From: Octopus bimaculoides
Taxonomy: Eukaryota
Length of the DNA stretch: 64,000 nt
Assembly: GCF_001194135.2 (NCBI RefSeq)
Contig: NC_068982.1
Location: forward strand, 92,208,683 to 92,272,682
Direction: 5' to 3'
Both the position numbers and the translations under genes were made by a program. Below the pieces are notes generated by a model, which saw only the letters and a list, made by a program, of their open reading frames with translations, was not told the DNA's origin and did not search any database. Position 1 is the first letter of the stretch. Every line of letters begins with the position of its first letter. This document shows, in pieces, positions 13,045 through 26,000 of the stretch.

Positions 13045-14053
13045 ATGACCACAATTACTGAAAGAAAATTTTTAAAAAATCTTAGTACACCTCCAGGGGA
13101 CTTACGCTATGAAATTGAAAGATTATTGACGTTTTTTGAAAATATTCATCCAAAGCTAACATCTGTACAACTCTCTGGAAATGGTTATTATTATGATACT
13201 ACAGCAGAAAAAATTATGTGCTATTTCTGTAAAACTGTAGTTAAATTTTCAGATTCCAGTTTCAAACATGACCATTCATGTAGATACAAAGTTGACAGTT
13301 TTCCAGTCTATTTATATGATGAAACAGATGGTGAAAATGCTGCAGCTTTTAATGTTCAAAACACTGAACGAGAAACTGAGACTGTAGTAACAACTAGTAC
13401 TGAAAAAGTTATTAATTCAAATAAAAATGAAATGCTTGATATGCAAAAAAGACTGGATACCTTTAAAAATTGGAACAAAAGCGTGCCAGTAACACCCACA
13501 GATCTTGCCAAGAATGGATTTTATTACCTAGGTTATGGAGATGCTGTTAAATGTGCATACTGCTCTGTCCAACTGCGCAACTGGAAAGAAAATGATGATG
13601 TCCATAAAGAACATACACGTTTTAGTCCGAAATGTCCAAATTTAGAATCTTTTATGAAAATGGATTTGAAATACGAACTGAATCGGATAAAAAGTTTTGT
13701 CAAGTGGACGACATCTTACCCATTAAAAGCTAAAGATTTGGCAGCTAATGGTTTCTACCACAAGGGGCCTGCAGATAATGTCTGTTGTATATTTTGCAAA
13801 TGTGAAATCAATAATTGGAAAGCCAATGATAATATTAAAGAAAAACACAGGTCAGTTTCACCGAACTGTCCTTTCTTGTGTGAGAAATTGGTAGGTAATG
13901 TACCTATACAAGCTCGGAGTAACATTCTATTTGACCGCCCGATACATCCGAATCTTGCTTTGTTAAGTGAACGCCTTAAAACATTTTCTTCGTGGCCAAA
14001 GGATAAAAAACAAAAACCAGAAGTTTTAGCAGAAGCTGGTTTTTTTCATAATG
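13045..14053 (+). CDS. IAP: IAP coding exon 1: degenerate BIR1, BIR2, BIR3 and the N-terminal half of BIR4
   Basis: 340-aa ORF with CAYC..EHTRFSPKC and CIFC..KHRSVSPNC. Ends AGFFHNG at G|GTAAGT (intron starts 14054). An upstream acceptor TTTCAG at 13027-13028 suggests the exon begins at 13029. Confidence 0.95.
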
Positions 14054-17000
14054 GTAAGTATACATAAAAAATATCATGTTTGAGTCTATGATCTGTTTCT
14101 TTTACTCTATTATTTCCAGTTTCCATGCTAGCATGGTTTCACAATTGAGATTTTTACATGTTTTTTGGAGAAAGCTGGATAAATTTAGGCAAGCAAAGAA
14201 CATATGCCTCTTTCCTCAAGGACACGATGTAATGACTAGAAAGGTTTGAGATTATAATCAGATTATTTCTTTTGTATTTAGAATGTCTCTGAATATTAAA
14301 ACTTACCCTCTATTTACAATGATAAAATAAATAGCAAAAATTGATCTGAACAATATGTATAGTGTAATCATATTATCTTCATCTTTTGAGTTTTTATCTA
14401 TTCTGATGATGTTGTTGTATAGTGCCAAATCAATCCTGCTTGAACAGACCAATAATCACAGGTATTCTTTTCAAACATTTTTATCTCTGATACGATGCTT
14501 TACATGTCTTTCCAATTTTGAAAAACAGCAGAGCATAAGTTGAGAGACATTTGATTGCTATCAGGATAGTGGAATTAGATCTGCAACAATTATTTGGGTT
14601 GCTGAAGTTGGAGTCATTAAACTGCAACTCTACATCTGAATAAATGTAAAATGTAATATAATGGACTAGTATTTCCAATTTTATACTCAGACATTAATTT
14701 AAAAACAGATATAAGGGCTTCTATGCAGGAAGAGCTGGTGGAAACAATTCTATTTTTAAGAACAAGGTGTTAGTAAATTTTGAATTTGGATTTTTGATTT
14801 TACCATTATTCTACAATGTTTCTTTAATACATTTTGTGTGGATAAACTTTTCAGTACTTCACAAAATAATTTTATTTAATGTAATCTTTCTTGTTACACT
14901 CACTTTGATTATATATTAAAAAATAATGCTTTAATCTTGATAAGGAAGTGTTATGTATGTAATTGAGCTTTTCTCATTTAAAATGATCGTTTGTTCAGTT
15001 GCTTTGGGTGTTAAGTCTTTTAGTTTCAACTTATGTGCGCTTTAAGTTTTTGTATGGAAAAACAAAGAGGTTCCTGATTTTCTTTTGTAGTATTTTTATA
15101 GTTTATTACTTTAATATTCTTTTAATTCATAGCTTCTGGTAAAAAAAAAAACAGTTTCTTTTTATAAACTCTTTGGAAACAAAGGACACTGTTTGCATGA
15201 TAGTACATTCATTCACAACTGTCACACGATCTCAAGGCAAGGAAACAGTAATGCACTTACATATACAAATATACATACACACACATAACAGGCTTCTTTC
15301 AGTGTTTGTCTACCAAATCCACTTATAAGACCAGGACTGCAGTAGAAGACACTTGTCGAAGGTGCCACATAGTGAGACTGAACTTAGAACCATGTGGTTG
15401 AGAAGCAAAAATCTTACCACATATTTCATATTTCAAATGATTACATAGTTGCTCCCATGTTGGCTCATATTTTTCTTTTTTTAACTTGGTATTTATAAAA
15501 CTGGAAACCTCTCCTTAAACCAAAAATGCTTTGATAAAGAGAGGTTGCTGTTATTTGACATTGAATAAGCTCAGTCGGTTCATTATCTGCAAAGTAAAAA
15601 TGTGAAATGTAATTGAATTGCCACCTAAGTTTGGACATCATTTAATGTCTATGTTCCATGGATTAGATGATTTGACAGAATCTGATAACTCTAAGGACTG
15701 TATCATGCTCTAGAGTCTGCCTTGGTATATTTGTATGGTTTGATGCCCTTATGCTAACTGCTTTACAGTGTGTATTGGGTCCTTTTTTTGTACCACCATC
15801 ACCAGTGTTTAACCACTTAACCTTTTTGTTTAACCCTTTGTCAGATGTATTTCTTATTTATTCACACTGTTGTGAATTAATCATACATTATCTTGCAGAG
15901 AATAAAAAGTTTAGAATGGTACAACAATGCACTATAAAACAAAAAATGGACTATATACCTGTTGTAATTTGGTTATCTATAGTCCGATAACGGACTATAT
16001 ATATATATATCAGATTATAGATAAGCAAATTACAACAGGTATATAGTTCATTTTTTGTTTCATAATGCATTGTTGTACCATTCTAAACTTTTTATTCTTT
16101 ACATAGAATACGCAATGCTTCAAGCGAACTACAATACTCTCCTATTATCTTGCAGCTTCAAGAGGTCAATAGTGTGTTTTTATATATTTTTTGAATGACA
16201 TTGTAGGGGAGGTGTGAGAGATTCGGTCTGGTCAGTTAGAACATAAAACAAGTAGAATATCTGGATTAAAGTACAATATGGCTGGATTAAATGCTAAAGG
16301 GTTAAAAATTGATAGTAAAATTGTATCTACTGGCTCAATTGATGCCAGTTTCTACCTAAGTCCACCCCTACTTAAAACATAGTTGCATTTTGTAGTTGAA
16401 TTGTTGGTTTTTGGCAAAAGTCAGTCAGTCATAAATCTGCTTCAAAGTGTTTCTCTCAGGCTGACATTAATAAATGAGTGTTGAATTTTTTTTTTTTTTA
16501 TTAACCCTTTTGTTATCACATTTCTGTTAAAATACACAGCCTTTATTTCATTTAATTTTGAAAATAATGAAAAATTTTCTAAAATAACTCTGTCATTACT
16601 AATCTGGTGTTTAGAACATAAATTAGAGTGAAATTTTGATAAAAGGTTCAAATTTTAATCACTTCAAAACAAGAAGTTTGTATCATAGATTCAGAGGCAC
16701 TTTCAGACAGGTTGATATGAAAATAGTTAAATGAATATATAAATATTCAATAATCTATTATAGTTGAAATTTTAATCATCATAAATTTTAGTGAAAGTAA
16801 AAGAAACACATCTATTTGTCATGTAAATAGTCTTTGAAGCAGTTATTGTTCACAACTTTTCATGAGATTATATCTTCTTAAAGGAGATAATGAAGAAGTT
16901 TAGATTTGTTCATTCAAACCCAACATGCAAAATTATAACAATTGTTAATACGAATCTAAGTGCATACTAACTTCACTTCATTCTCTTTATTAATATCATC

Positions 17001-20000
17001 TTCAAGAAAGATGATGGATTGGTGGACTCCATCGTTAATGTGTCAAACTAAATACCATATCTTTTTTTTTGCTCTTTTTAGTTCTGAGTTCAAATCCTGC
17101 TGAGGTCAACCTTACCTTTCAGTCATGTGGAGCCAATAAAGTGGTGTTAAGTACTGGGGTTGATGATATCACCTAAACCTATCCCCTCAAAAATTGCTGG
17201 CCTTGTGCCTAAATTAGAAACAGTTCAAGAACAGTAGATGGTAGATTCAGCATAATACTACCCATCATATCTTGCAGCATTTAGATACACCTCCTTAGAT
17301 TCTGAGTTCTAGTCCCACTAGAGTTGACTTAATAACTAATAAAAGCTTTCAATTTAATTTGTCTTAGTTATTCACTTTCATTTTCTATTGGTCTACAGGA
17401 AAGTCTGATACAGTAATTTGTTTTAGCTGTGATGGCGGTTTATGTAATTGGGATGATGATGATCAACCATGGCATGAACATGCTCGATGGTTTCCAAGAT
17501 GTACTTTTGTACAACAGATGAAAGATTCTAAGTACATTGCATCTGCAAGTATGAAAAACAAAGCATCTTCATATAACCAGGTAAAAAAAATAACATCACT
17601 ATTCATTTTTCTGATATATAACTTTTATTGAAGTGGAGGCGCAATGGCCCAGTGGTTAGGGCAGCGGACTCACGGTCATAGGATCGCGGTTTCGATTCCC
17701 AGACTGGGCATTGTGAGTGTTTATTGAGCGAAAACACCTAAAGCTCCACAAGGCTCCGGCAGGGGATGGTGGCGAACCCTGCTGTACTCTTCCACCACAA
17801 CTTTCTCTCACTCTTACTTCCTGTTTCTTTGTGCCTGTAATTCAAAGGGTCAGCCTTGTCAAGCTGAATATCCCCAAGAACTACATTAAGGGTACACGTG
17901 TCTGTGGAGTGCTCAGCCACTTGCACGTTAATTTCACGAGCAGGCTGTTCCGTTGATCGGATCAACTGGAACCCTCGACGTCGTAAGCGACGGAGTGCCA
18001 ACAAAAAAAAAACTTTTATTGATAGCTAGACTATTTCTACTGTTTAAAGTATATTGCTACACTTGTTCATTCACACATGTATTTCAAGAGTTAAAGGAAC
18101 ATTTTGTACATTACACTAGCATTAGGGGACTAAATCAGAAGAAAATCTGTGAAGCACCTATATTCTAAATGTCTAAAATATGTTAATAAGTTTATAATTT
18201 TTCAGATATTATTAACTTCCTCTTTAGTGATAAAATCATTTTTAATATTTACACTTATACCACATTTCAGTCACTTTGTAAGTGATCAAATAGAGATTTC
18301 TACTCTAACTATTGGTATTGTTGTGTAGAACTGAACACTTTGCATGAGATGTTCCTTATCATATTTGATGAAATGTTCAGGGTAAACCAACAGATTTACC
18401 ACACTAGATATGCTGAACTTCTGTCTGTTCTTCAACCATACTGTGCATCTTATCATGTGTCATTCAGCTATTTGTAATGCTGAGGCAATTTGGAAATCTA
18501 ATACCTACCTTATCCAACCTGCTCCTATGAGTGATGCAAAGTGTAGCTATCAATATAATGCATATTTTACTGCTTGTGTAATTACTGCAATTATGTAGGT
18601 GTGACAGTATTATCTTGGTTCAATGTTTGATTATTAAGATTGGACACTAAACTCTGCTTGCGAAGACCTGTTGGGGCAAGCGAAAGCGAAATTGTGATGG
18701 CACCACCGTTCGAGCGTGATCGTTACCAGCGTCGCCTTCCTGGCACTTATGCCACAGCTTCGCGTTCCTGGCACGTGAAAAGTCATTCGAGCGAGATCGT
18801 TGCCAGTGCCACTGGACTGGCTCCTGTGCAGGTGGAACGTAAAATACACCATTTTGAGCATGGCCGTTGCCAGTACCGCCTGACTGGCCTTCATGCTGGT
18901 GGCGCATAAAAGCACCCACTACACTCTCAGAGTGGTTGGCGTTAGGAAGGGCATCCAGCTGTAGAAACTCTGCCAAATCAGATTGGAGCCTGGTGTAGCC
19001 ATCTGGTTCACCAGTCCTCAGTCAAATCGTCCAACCCATGCTAGCATGGAAAGCGGACGTTAAACGATGATGATGATTTGTAGGCTAGTTTTAGAAATGT
19101 TTTTTTTTAAATTTTCTGTTGAAAAGATGTGTGCTGAATCACTGATCATGTAAAATATGCTATGTTCCAAAGTTTGTTAGAGGACCTGGGTAATTTTTAC
19201 AGAGAGTAGATTGAACCCCAAGTGGGGTGGATTTCGTGCACTCTTTGTAAACTACATTGATGATTTCCTTGTTTTGGTTTGATACCATGCCAGTTTGAAG
19301 TTTAAATACTGAATTATTGAACTACAATTACCTGAATTCAAATGTTACTGCAGCCATTACTATGTTGTGTATTGAGGCAAGATATATTGTCTCCTTGGGC
19401 AGGATATATTATCATCATCATACATCCATTTTTCATACTGACATGGGTTGGACAGTTTGACCAGAGCTGGCATGCTGGAGAGCTGCACCAGACTCCAGTC
19501 TGATTTAGCATGGTTTCTATGCCTGGAATCCCTTCCTCACACCAACCACCTTACAGAGTATGCTGGGTGCTTTTACTTGGCACTAGCACAGGTACTTTTT
19601 ACATGGCACCAGCACAGGACTCCTTCAGGCCAATTCACTTCACCACTTCTGCTGTGGAGTACAGATTTTCTTGAGTACAGCAAGGTGTTGGGTATCTTGG
19701 TCCTTTGTCATCTTGTCTGAAAGGTTCAGCATCCTGAGGTCATCCGTCAGTACTTCAGATATATGCAGCAACCAGTGTTTGTTTCTCTTGTTAATCATAT
19801 GATTAGACACCTCTTTCATCAGATCATTTTACAATAATATCAGCTAAAGACCTAATGTATTATGCTTATGCCTCACTGAGAAGCATAATTTACACTGATA
19901 TTTGATGATAAATGGTTTCACAGTCTGGACATATCATGCTCTTTCCACTATACAGTCTACTTCTATACACCCCCAGATTCTGGTTCTCTGCACTATTTGT

Positions 20001-23000
20001 TGATAGTGTACATCCCAGCAGTTTCTGGGTCTAGCAAGGCTATTTCTGTATTTATTTTTAAAATTTTTCTGACTGAGTGAGAGATATAGTGTTTTTAGGA
20101 TGCTGTTGTGTGTTTAGCTGTCTGGAAATGATTTTTACCCCTCTTGTAACAGGGACTGTAAGAATTGAAGTTTGCTGCACTTACAAACTATGGCTATTTT
20201 ATGTTCATATGGTCTTTCATTTTTAGTACTTTTATGTTGTTGTGCAGATAATCTGTATAACCTATGATGATGCATAGTGTGTTGTTTTGTGATTTGGTAA
20301 TCTATTGTGGTTTGTTTGGAAGAGATCAGGGATTCAAACAGAACTGGCATAGTCTATTCTGGATCTAATGTATCCTTTGTACATCATTGTTGTTGTTTGT
20401 TTCTGCTGACCAAATGTGCATATCAATCTAAATGGTAGCTTTCTATCGTTGGTGAGTGGAGAGTCTTTCTCTCACCTATCAATTTATAATATTGAGAATG
20501 CATCTGATTGTGCCACTAGCATTAGAGAGGTTGTCCATCACCCTGTATCAGCTTTTATTCAAGCAACTGCTTTCACAGATGAGCTATCTTTGCTGGACCT
20601 TGCAAAGTCTGTGTTTTCTCAGTTTCTTGATTATTTTTTTCTAGAGACTGGATGCCTTTCTTGTTGACAACTTGTTTACAGCACAAATGAAGTACATTTT
20701 TAGTGTGCTATCACTGGTACAAGAGAGGTTGTTTGCAATGCGAGGTGAGGGGAGCCCTCAATGACAACTTTAGGTAGCTGAACATAAAATTGTTCTCATT
20801 AAGTATTTTTTGTGTAAGGAGTAGCTTACAGTGGTATTTGGATGCAGCTTGAAGTGAGATGGGAATATACTGCACTGCAGTAATGACAGCTAGACCCTTT
20901 CAAGGGAATTTTTCTTGGTGGACTCGAGGCAGCTGGGCCCAGATTGGTAGAAGGTGGGCATCAGATTCTGTAAAACTTAATATGTTACCTGTAACACTTT
21001 AAAAATACATATATAATGTAATTAAAACTTTAAAATTAGTTATGTGTTATTTTGTTCAGTTCAACAATATTTTCTCAATGACAGGTAGTTTATAGAAATC
21101 TCAGCAACTGTAACTTAGAAAGATTTGATCAATAAAAAATTATTACAAGATAAATAACTTGGTGAAATAATTTTCAAATGCTAAATTATTGCAAGAACTT
21201 CAGCTTCATAGTGTTTAATATTTGTGCTTTGAAACAGACCATCATTTCTTCTACTTTGGCAGTTGTTATATGGTACAGCAGGGATAAAATACATGATAAC
21301 AGAGAAACATGTATGTCTGTATCTGTGTATACCATTATAATATTACTGAAATTATAACTTTTTTTGTTTTTGTTTTAAAGGTGTTAGATAATGCTAGTTC
21401 AGTTCTAGATGGCTCTGCAGAACCTACTGAAGGATCAAGTACTATTGAAGATGTTACAACTTTCCCAAATACTCCAACTTCAGGTAAGAAAAGATACATG
21501 TCTGAATTTGTAAATGTCTTATTTATTTATGACTAAAAGCATGTTGTTCCCTTATTGTCATTGACACTTATAGAATATTTCTTACCTAACTAAATAAGGA
21601 GTCTCGTGAAATTTATAGCAACAGATAAGCCTTGAATTTTGCTGATAGCTCATATTGCCATGTGTTATGAAGCTGAGTTTTAATAGTAGAAGGTAATCAG
21701 CAATAACTCTAATGATATGCATGGCTCTCTCACCCACACACATACACACACACACACACACGCTCTGATCATTCTTTCTACAGAAATGGGAAAATAAAGT
21801 CCCTTCTGCTAGAACCCATCAAAATCTCTTTCAATCAGAAATCCAACATCTTATCCTTTCTGCCATTTTGCTCAGTTTTTATGAAAAAATCTACCTTGCT
21901 ACAGTAACTATGCAAAGAAGACACAGTGGCACAAACGGCAAAAGTAGATGGAAGTGATGAGCAGCACAGCACAGCATGGGACTAAGGATATTTACAACTA
22001 CTTCAGTTTGTTAATAAAATCACACAATAACAAACTTTTCCAACTCAAGAAAGAAGTTGAATTTGTTATAGTGATGCCATCTGATAACTAAATGAACAAC
22101 TCAAGGCAAAGGTTAAAAATGAGATCATCTAACAAGTCAATCACTATATTTACGTAGATCAATATATCTATGTAGACCAGTGTTTCCCAAATTTTTCACA
22201 CCAAATTGCAATATCGCCCACCTATCAGCCAAAAAATGCTCCATCGCCCACCTGTGTAAAAAAAACTCTGACACAACCCCCACAACACAAAACCTCCTAG
22301 AACCCCCCCCCCCCNNNNNNNNNNNNNNNNNNNNNNNNNNNNNNNNATATCATTTGACACACTTTATCGTAGGCTCGTTGCCCTGTTAGTGCCGTTTGGG
22401 CTAAATATGTGGTTGTTTACAAATCCCTTATTGTGGGTTTAGTTTTGCCATTATTGTAAATAAAATTCTAACGTTAACTCTATATTTTTCAGACAGATTA
22501 ACTTCTGGAAACTTGCACTTTCTTTTACACTGATTCTCATTTTCCCCAAATGAATCAGAACTACCGATGCAAAAATAGATAATGATTGTATTATAAAGGA
22601 AAAAAATAAAACTTTTTAATGAGAACCATGTGTCTGGTGCGATGCAGCTAGTGCAGATACATTCGGCTTCAAACTTGTCAACTTTAGCCACATGTCTCCT
22701 CGTTGTGTCACATCCAGTCCAATTCTTTTATGGGAAAGTAAATTTCCAATGTGGTTAAGACCAGATTCAACCAAGTATGAGGTTGGGAAGGCAAGCAAGA
22801 GTAATTTCAGATGCTTCCACAGATTGGGGTAGGAATTCAATATACTCTGATGGTACCACTGTCACTGTCATTTTGTAATTCTATCAATTCCTCATGAATG
22901 TCATCCTCACAATCAACTGCATCAACCTCAAACGGATTGCTATACCAATTTGGAATATTCAGTGCAATAACATCTTGAAATCACTCCATGTTATGCAATG

Positions 23001-26000
23001 ATTGTAAATAGTTGCGATATTAACTATTCATTAACCAATTTATCTTTCAAAGAATCAAGTTGTGGAAATTGATGGAATTGATGTTTTGAAATTTTAGTCT
23101 TATACAACACCAATTTCGAAATGAAGGTAGTGATAAATGGTTTACAATCAACGAGAATTTTTCTGTTTCGTTGTAATAACTTATTCAAATCATTTAATTT
23201 TGTGAATATATCACAAAGGAAAAAGATATCATACCTTGCAGCCATCAATGAAGCAGATAGTGGAGTATCTTCAAAGAAAGATATGATTTTATGAAACAGT
23301 TCAACAAAGTGTAAGACGCAGTTTCCTTTTTGACAGCCTTTGGTATAAGAATTTAGTATGGTCCTCATCATTTCTCAGACAGAGTTGATGGAAAATTCAA
23401 TCAGACAAGGGACTTGACTTCAATTTGTTTACAATCTTGATAACTAACTGTAATGCATCATTCAATCTACTATTCATATTTTTTGCTACTAAATGATGCT
23501 GCTGTGCCAAGCAATGAACAGTTTGTATCTGGTGGGAAATTCCACGCTTTAGGAGAGATGAAAATCCTCTGCGTCTTCCTATCACCAAAGAGGCTCCATC
23601 AGATGCACAGACAGGAATATTACTGAGTGGGATATTATGTTTAAAAAGGAAAGACTTGAGAGTGTGAAAAATAGTTGCACCTTTTGAATCAAGCAGCAAT
23701 TTCTCTTCGCTGAAATACCGAACATATACCATCATCAAACATTGATTGTCCACAACAGTTGACTCATCCACTTGTGTAGAAAATTCAGAACGCTGGAGAA
23801 TATTAATGAGCTGATGTTTGACATCGTTGGCCATTTTATCGATGTGTCGAGAAATTGTGTTATTACTAAATGGGATCTTCATAATATCAGGTTTTTCGTG
23901 CATAACGGTTGACAAAACCTCTTCAATAACTGGGTGAAGTAATGTTTCTCCAATTGTGTGAGACTTCCCAGACTTAGCACCATCAATGCAATGTTGAATG
24001 TTTGTATTTGCTTTTTGAAAGAGGAGCTCAGATGCAAAATGTATGATAACGGCTTGTCCTTCTTGTCAGAATGCTTTGCACCAAAGTGATACTTCAAGTG
24101 TGAAGGTTTCATTGCTTCATTGGTCAATGTTTGATGGCAAAGAAAGCACAGTTCTGAGGAGGGAATAAATCTAAACAATAAATAATCACTATTGTACTGT
24201 CAACTAATTTTCTTGACTGGAGGCATCAGTAAAGTGAAAATGTGAAAACGAATTTCTACAGGCAGCATCAGAAAGGTAGTATGGTATTCCCAAAGAGAAG
24301 AGGAAGCCAATACACATCTCTACTGGAGCAAATACAGATCTAGTTTATTTGAATACCAGCATTTCAAAAATTAAAGTTTATCAAAATTTTTAAAAATTTG
24401 GTACATTAATATAGCTTTCCAAGCTAAATTGCTGGAGTTATTCAACTTCCAGAAAAATGTTTTTAAAAAGTTATAGAGGTTTAAAGTTTGATCATTTTCA
24501 CCCAGTCAAGAAACACAATTTCAAAGCTGTCATTTTGTGTGTAACTGCACATTTCATATCAAAACTTGTGTTTTGATATGAAACCACAGAATTATGCATG
24601 ACCTGTAACCCCTCATAACTTTTTTATTTTTCAGAGTTTTCAGGAAATTTTTATGAATTTGAATTCTATACATGGGACTTCATGCAATTATGCAAAAAAA
24701 AAATTGTGGTAGAGTGTGATTTAAGGCTTAGGCCTATTTGGCTGCTATTTTTAGCACACATAACAACCATCTCAATAAATGCGACAAAAATATTCAATAA
24801 ACAAGTCCACTTTTTTAATACAAAGGGACATTTCATGTAAGTAGTCAAATCGATGTAAGTGCATCCTTATTCTAGGCATACCTAGATATAAGTAAATGCA
24901 GACTTAATTTTTTAAAATTCATTATCACCCACAAAATGTTCATATCGCCCACCAGAATCTCAAATCGCCCACCATTTTCTAGAAATTAGCCCATCACCCA
25001 CCTGTAGGTTGAAATCGTCCTCTTTGGGAAGCTATGGTGTAGACCAATCTACAAGAAAGAGGAGATCAAGTGATGAATCACACTGGGATGGCAGTCCTTC
25101 AACTAAGCTAGCACCCCCTTCAACTCCAGTAGCACTGTGGTTCTACAACAGATGAATTCTACCAACAATGGTTCACATATGTGAAACCTGGTAGAGAAAC
25201 AGCTCAGTTACAAATTAAGAACTCACAACAAATTCATGAAAGAATTATACTCAACCTAAGATTAAGGGACATAAGAATATTAAGTGGATGCAGAAGTAGA
25301 CAATTGTCTGTAACCTTCCCAATTAAAGTACAAATTGAGCTATGGTCATCATTAGACCATTAATGAGAGAATCTTGACAAGTTCATGTCAAGAGAGTGGT
25401 GAAAAAAACACAAGACCAAACAAATGGCAACATCTGGAAACTCTTATGTTCAATGAAAACAACTTTTTTCCTACACACACAGATATATATATATATATAG
25501 TTTTAGGGAAAAGAACCAAGGTTCATGAACTCATCGATGAAAATCCAGTCACATATAAAAAAATTAATAATTAAAAGCACAATAAATAAGTATAATATAA
25601 TAAACCAAGTATAGCCATTTATGTTCAACAACAGGAAGATTTAAAAAACCAAACACTTAAAAGTCACTGTAAATTTTACAAAATGAAATTTAGAATAATT
25701 TTCTGATAAAATTTTAATCATTTCTTTTTAAATTGTAGGTATTCTTCCCAAATCTCGAAATCTTAAATATAAATACTCATGTTTGGATACACCTCCAGTT
25801 CTGGCCGTTTTATCTATGGGTTATAAACGAAATGTAGTCAAAAGAGTAGTAAAGAATAAAATCAAAGAAACAGGTAAGCATACTAAGCTGAACTATTCCA
25901 ATATATAATTTATCCTTATTGTAATCATTGCTGTTTTGACATGTTTCTTGAATTTATTGTGGACAAGTCCATAGAATAGGATAGTTTTTGTTCATATCTA

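Noticed and set aside
13851-13856. Internal donor CAG|GTCAGT in exon 1
   Set aside because: Phase 2 matches no identified downstream IAP acceptor, so use would frameshift and probably trigger NMD.
13897-13911. NVPIQ resembles the Smac IBM (AVPI)
   Set aside because: GNVP is a common post-BIR motif; there is no N-terminal Ala and no cleavage site to expose it.
17636-17715. tRNA gene
   Set aside because: The tRNA-like head continues into a SINE body with tail and TSD; no complete cloverleaf.
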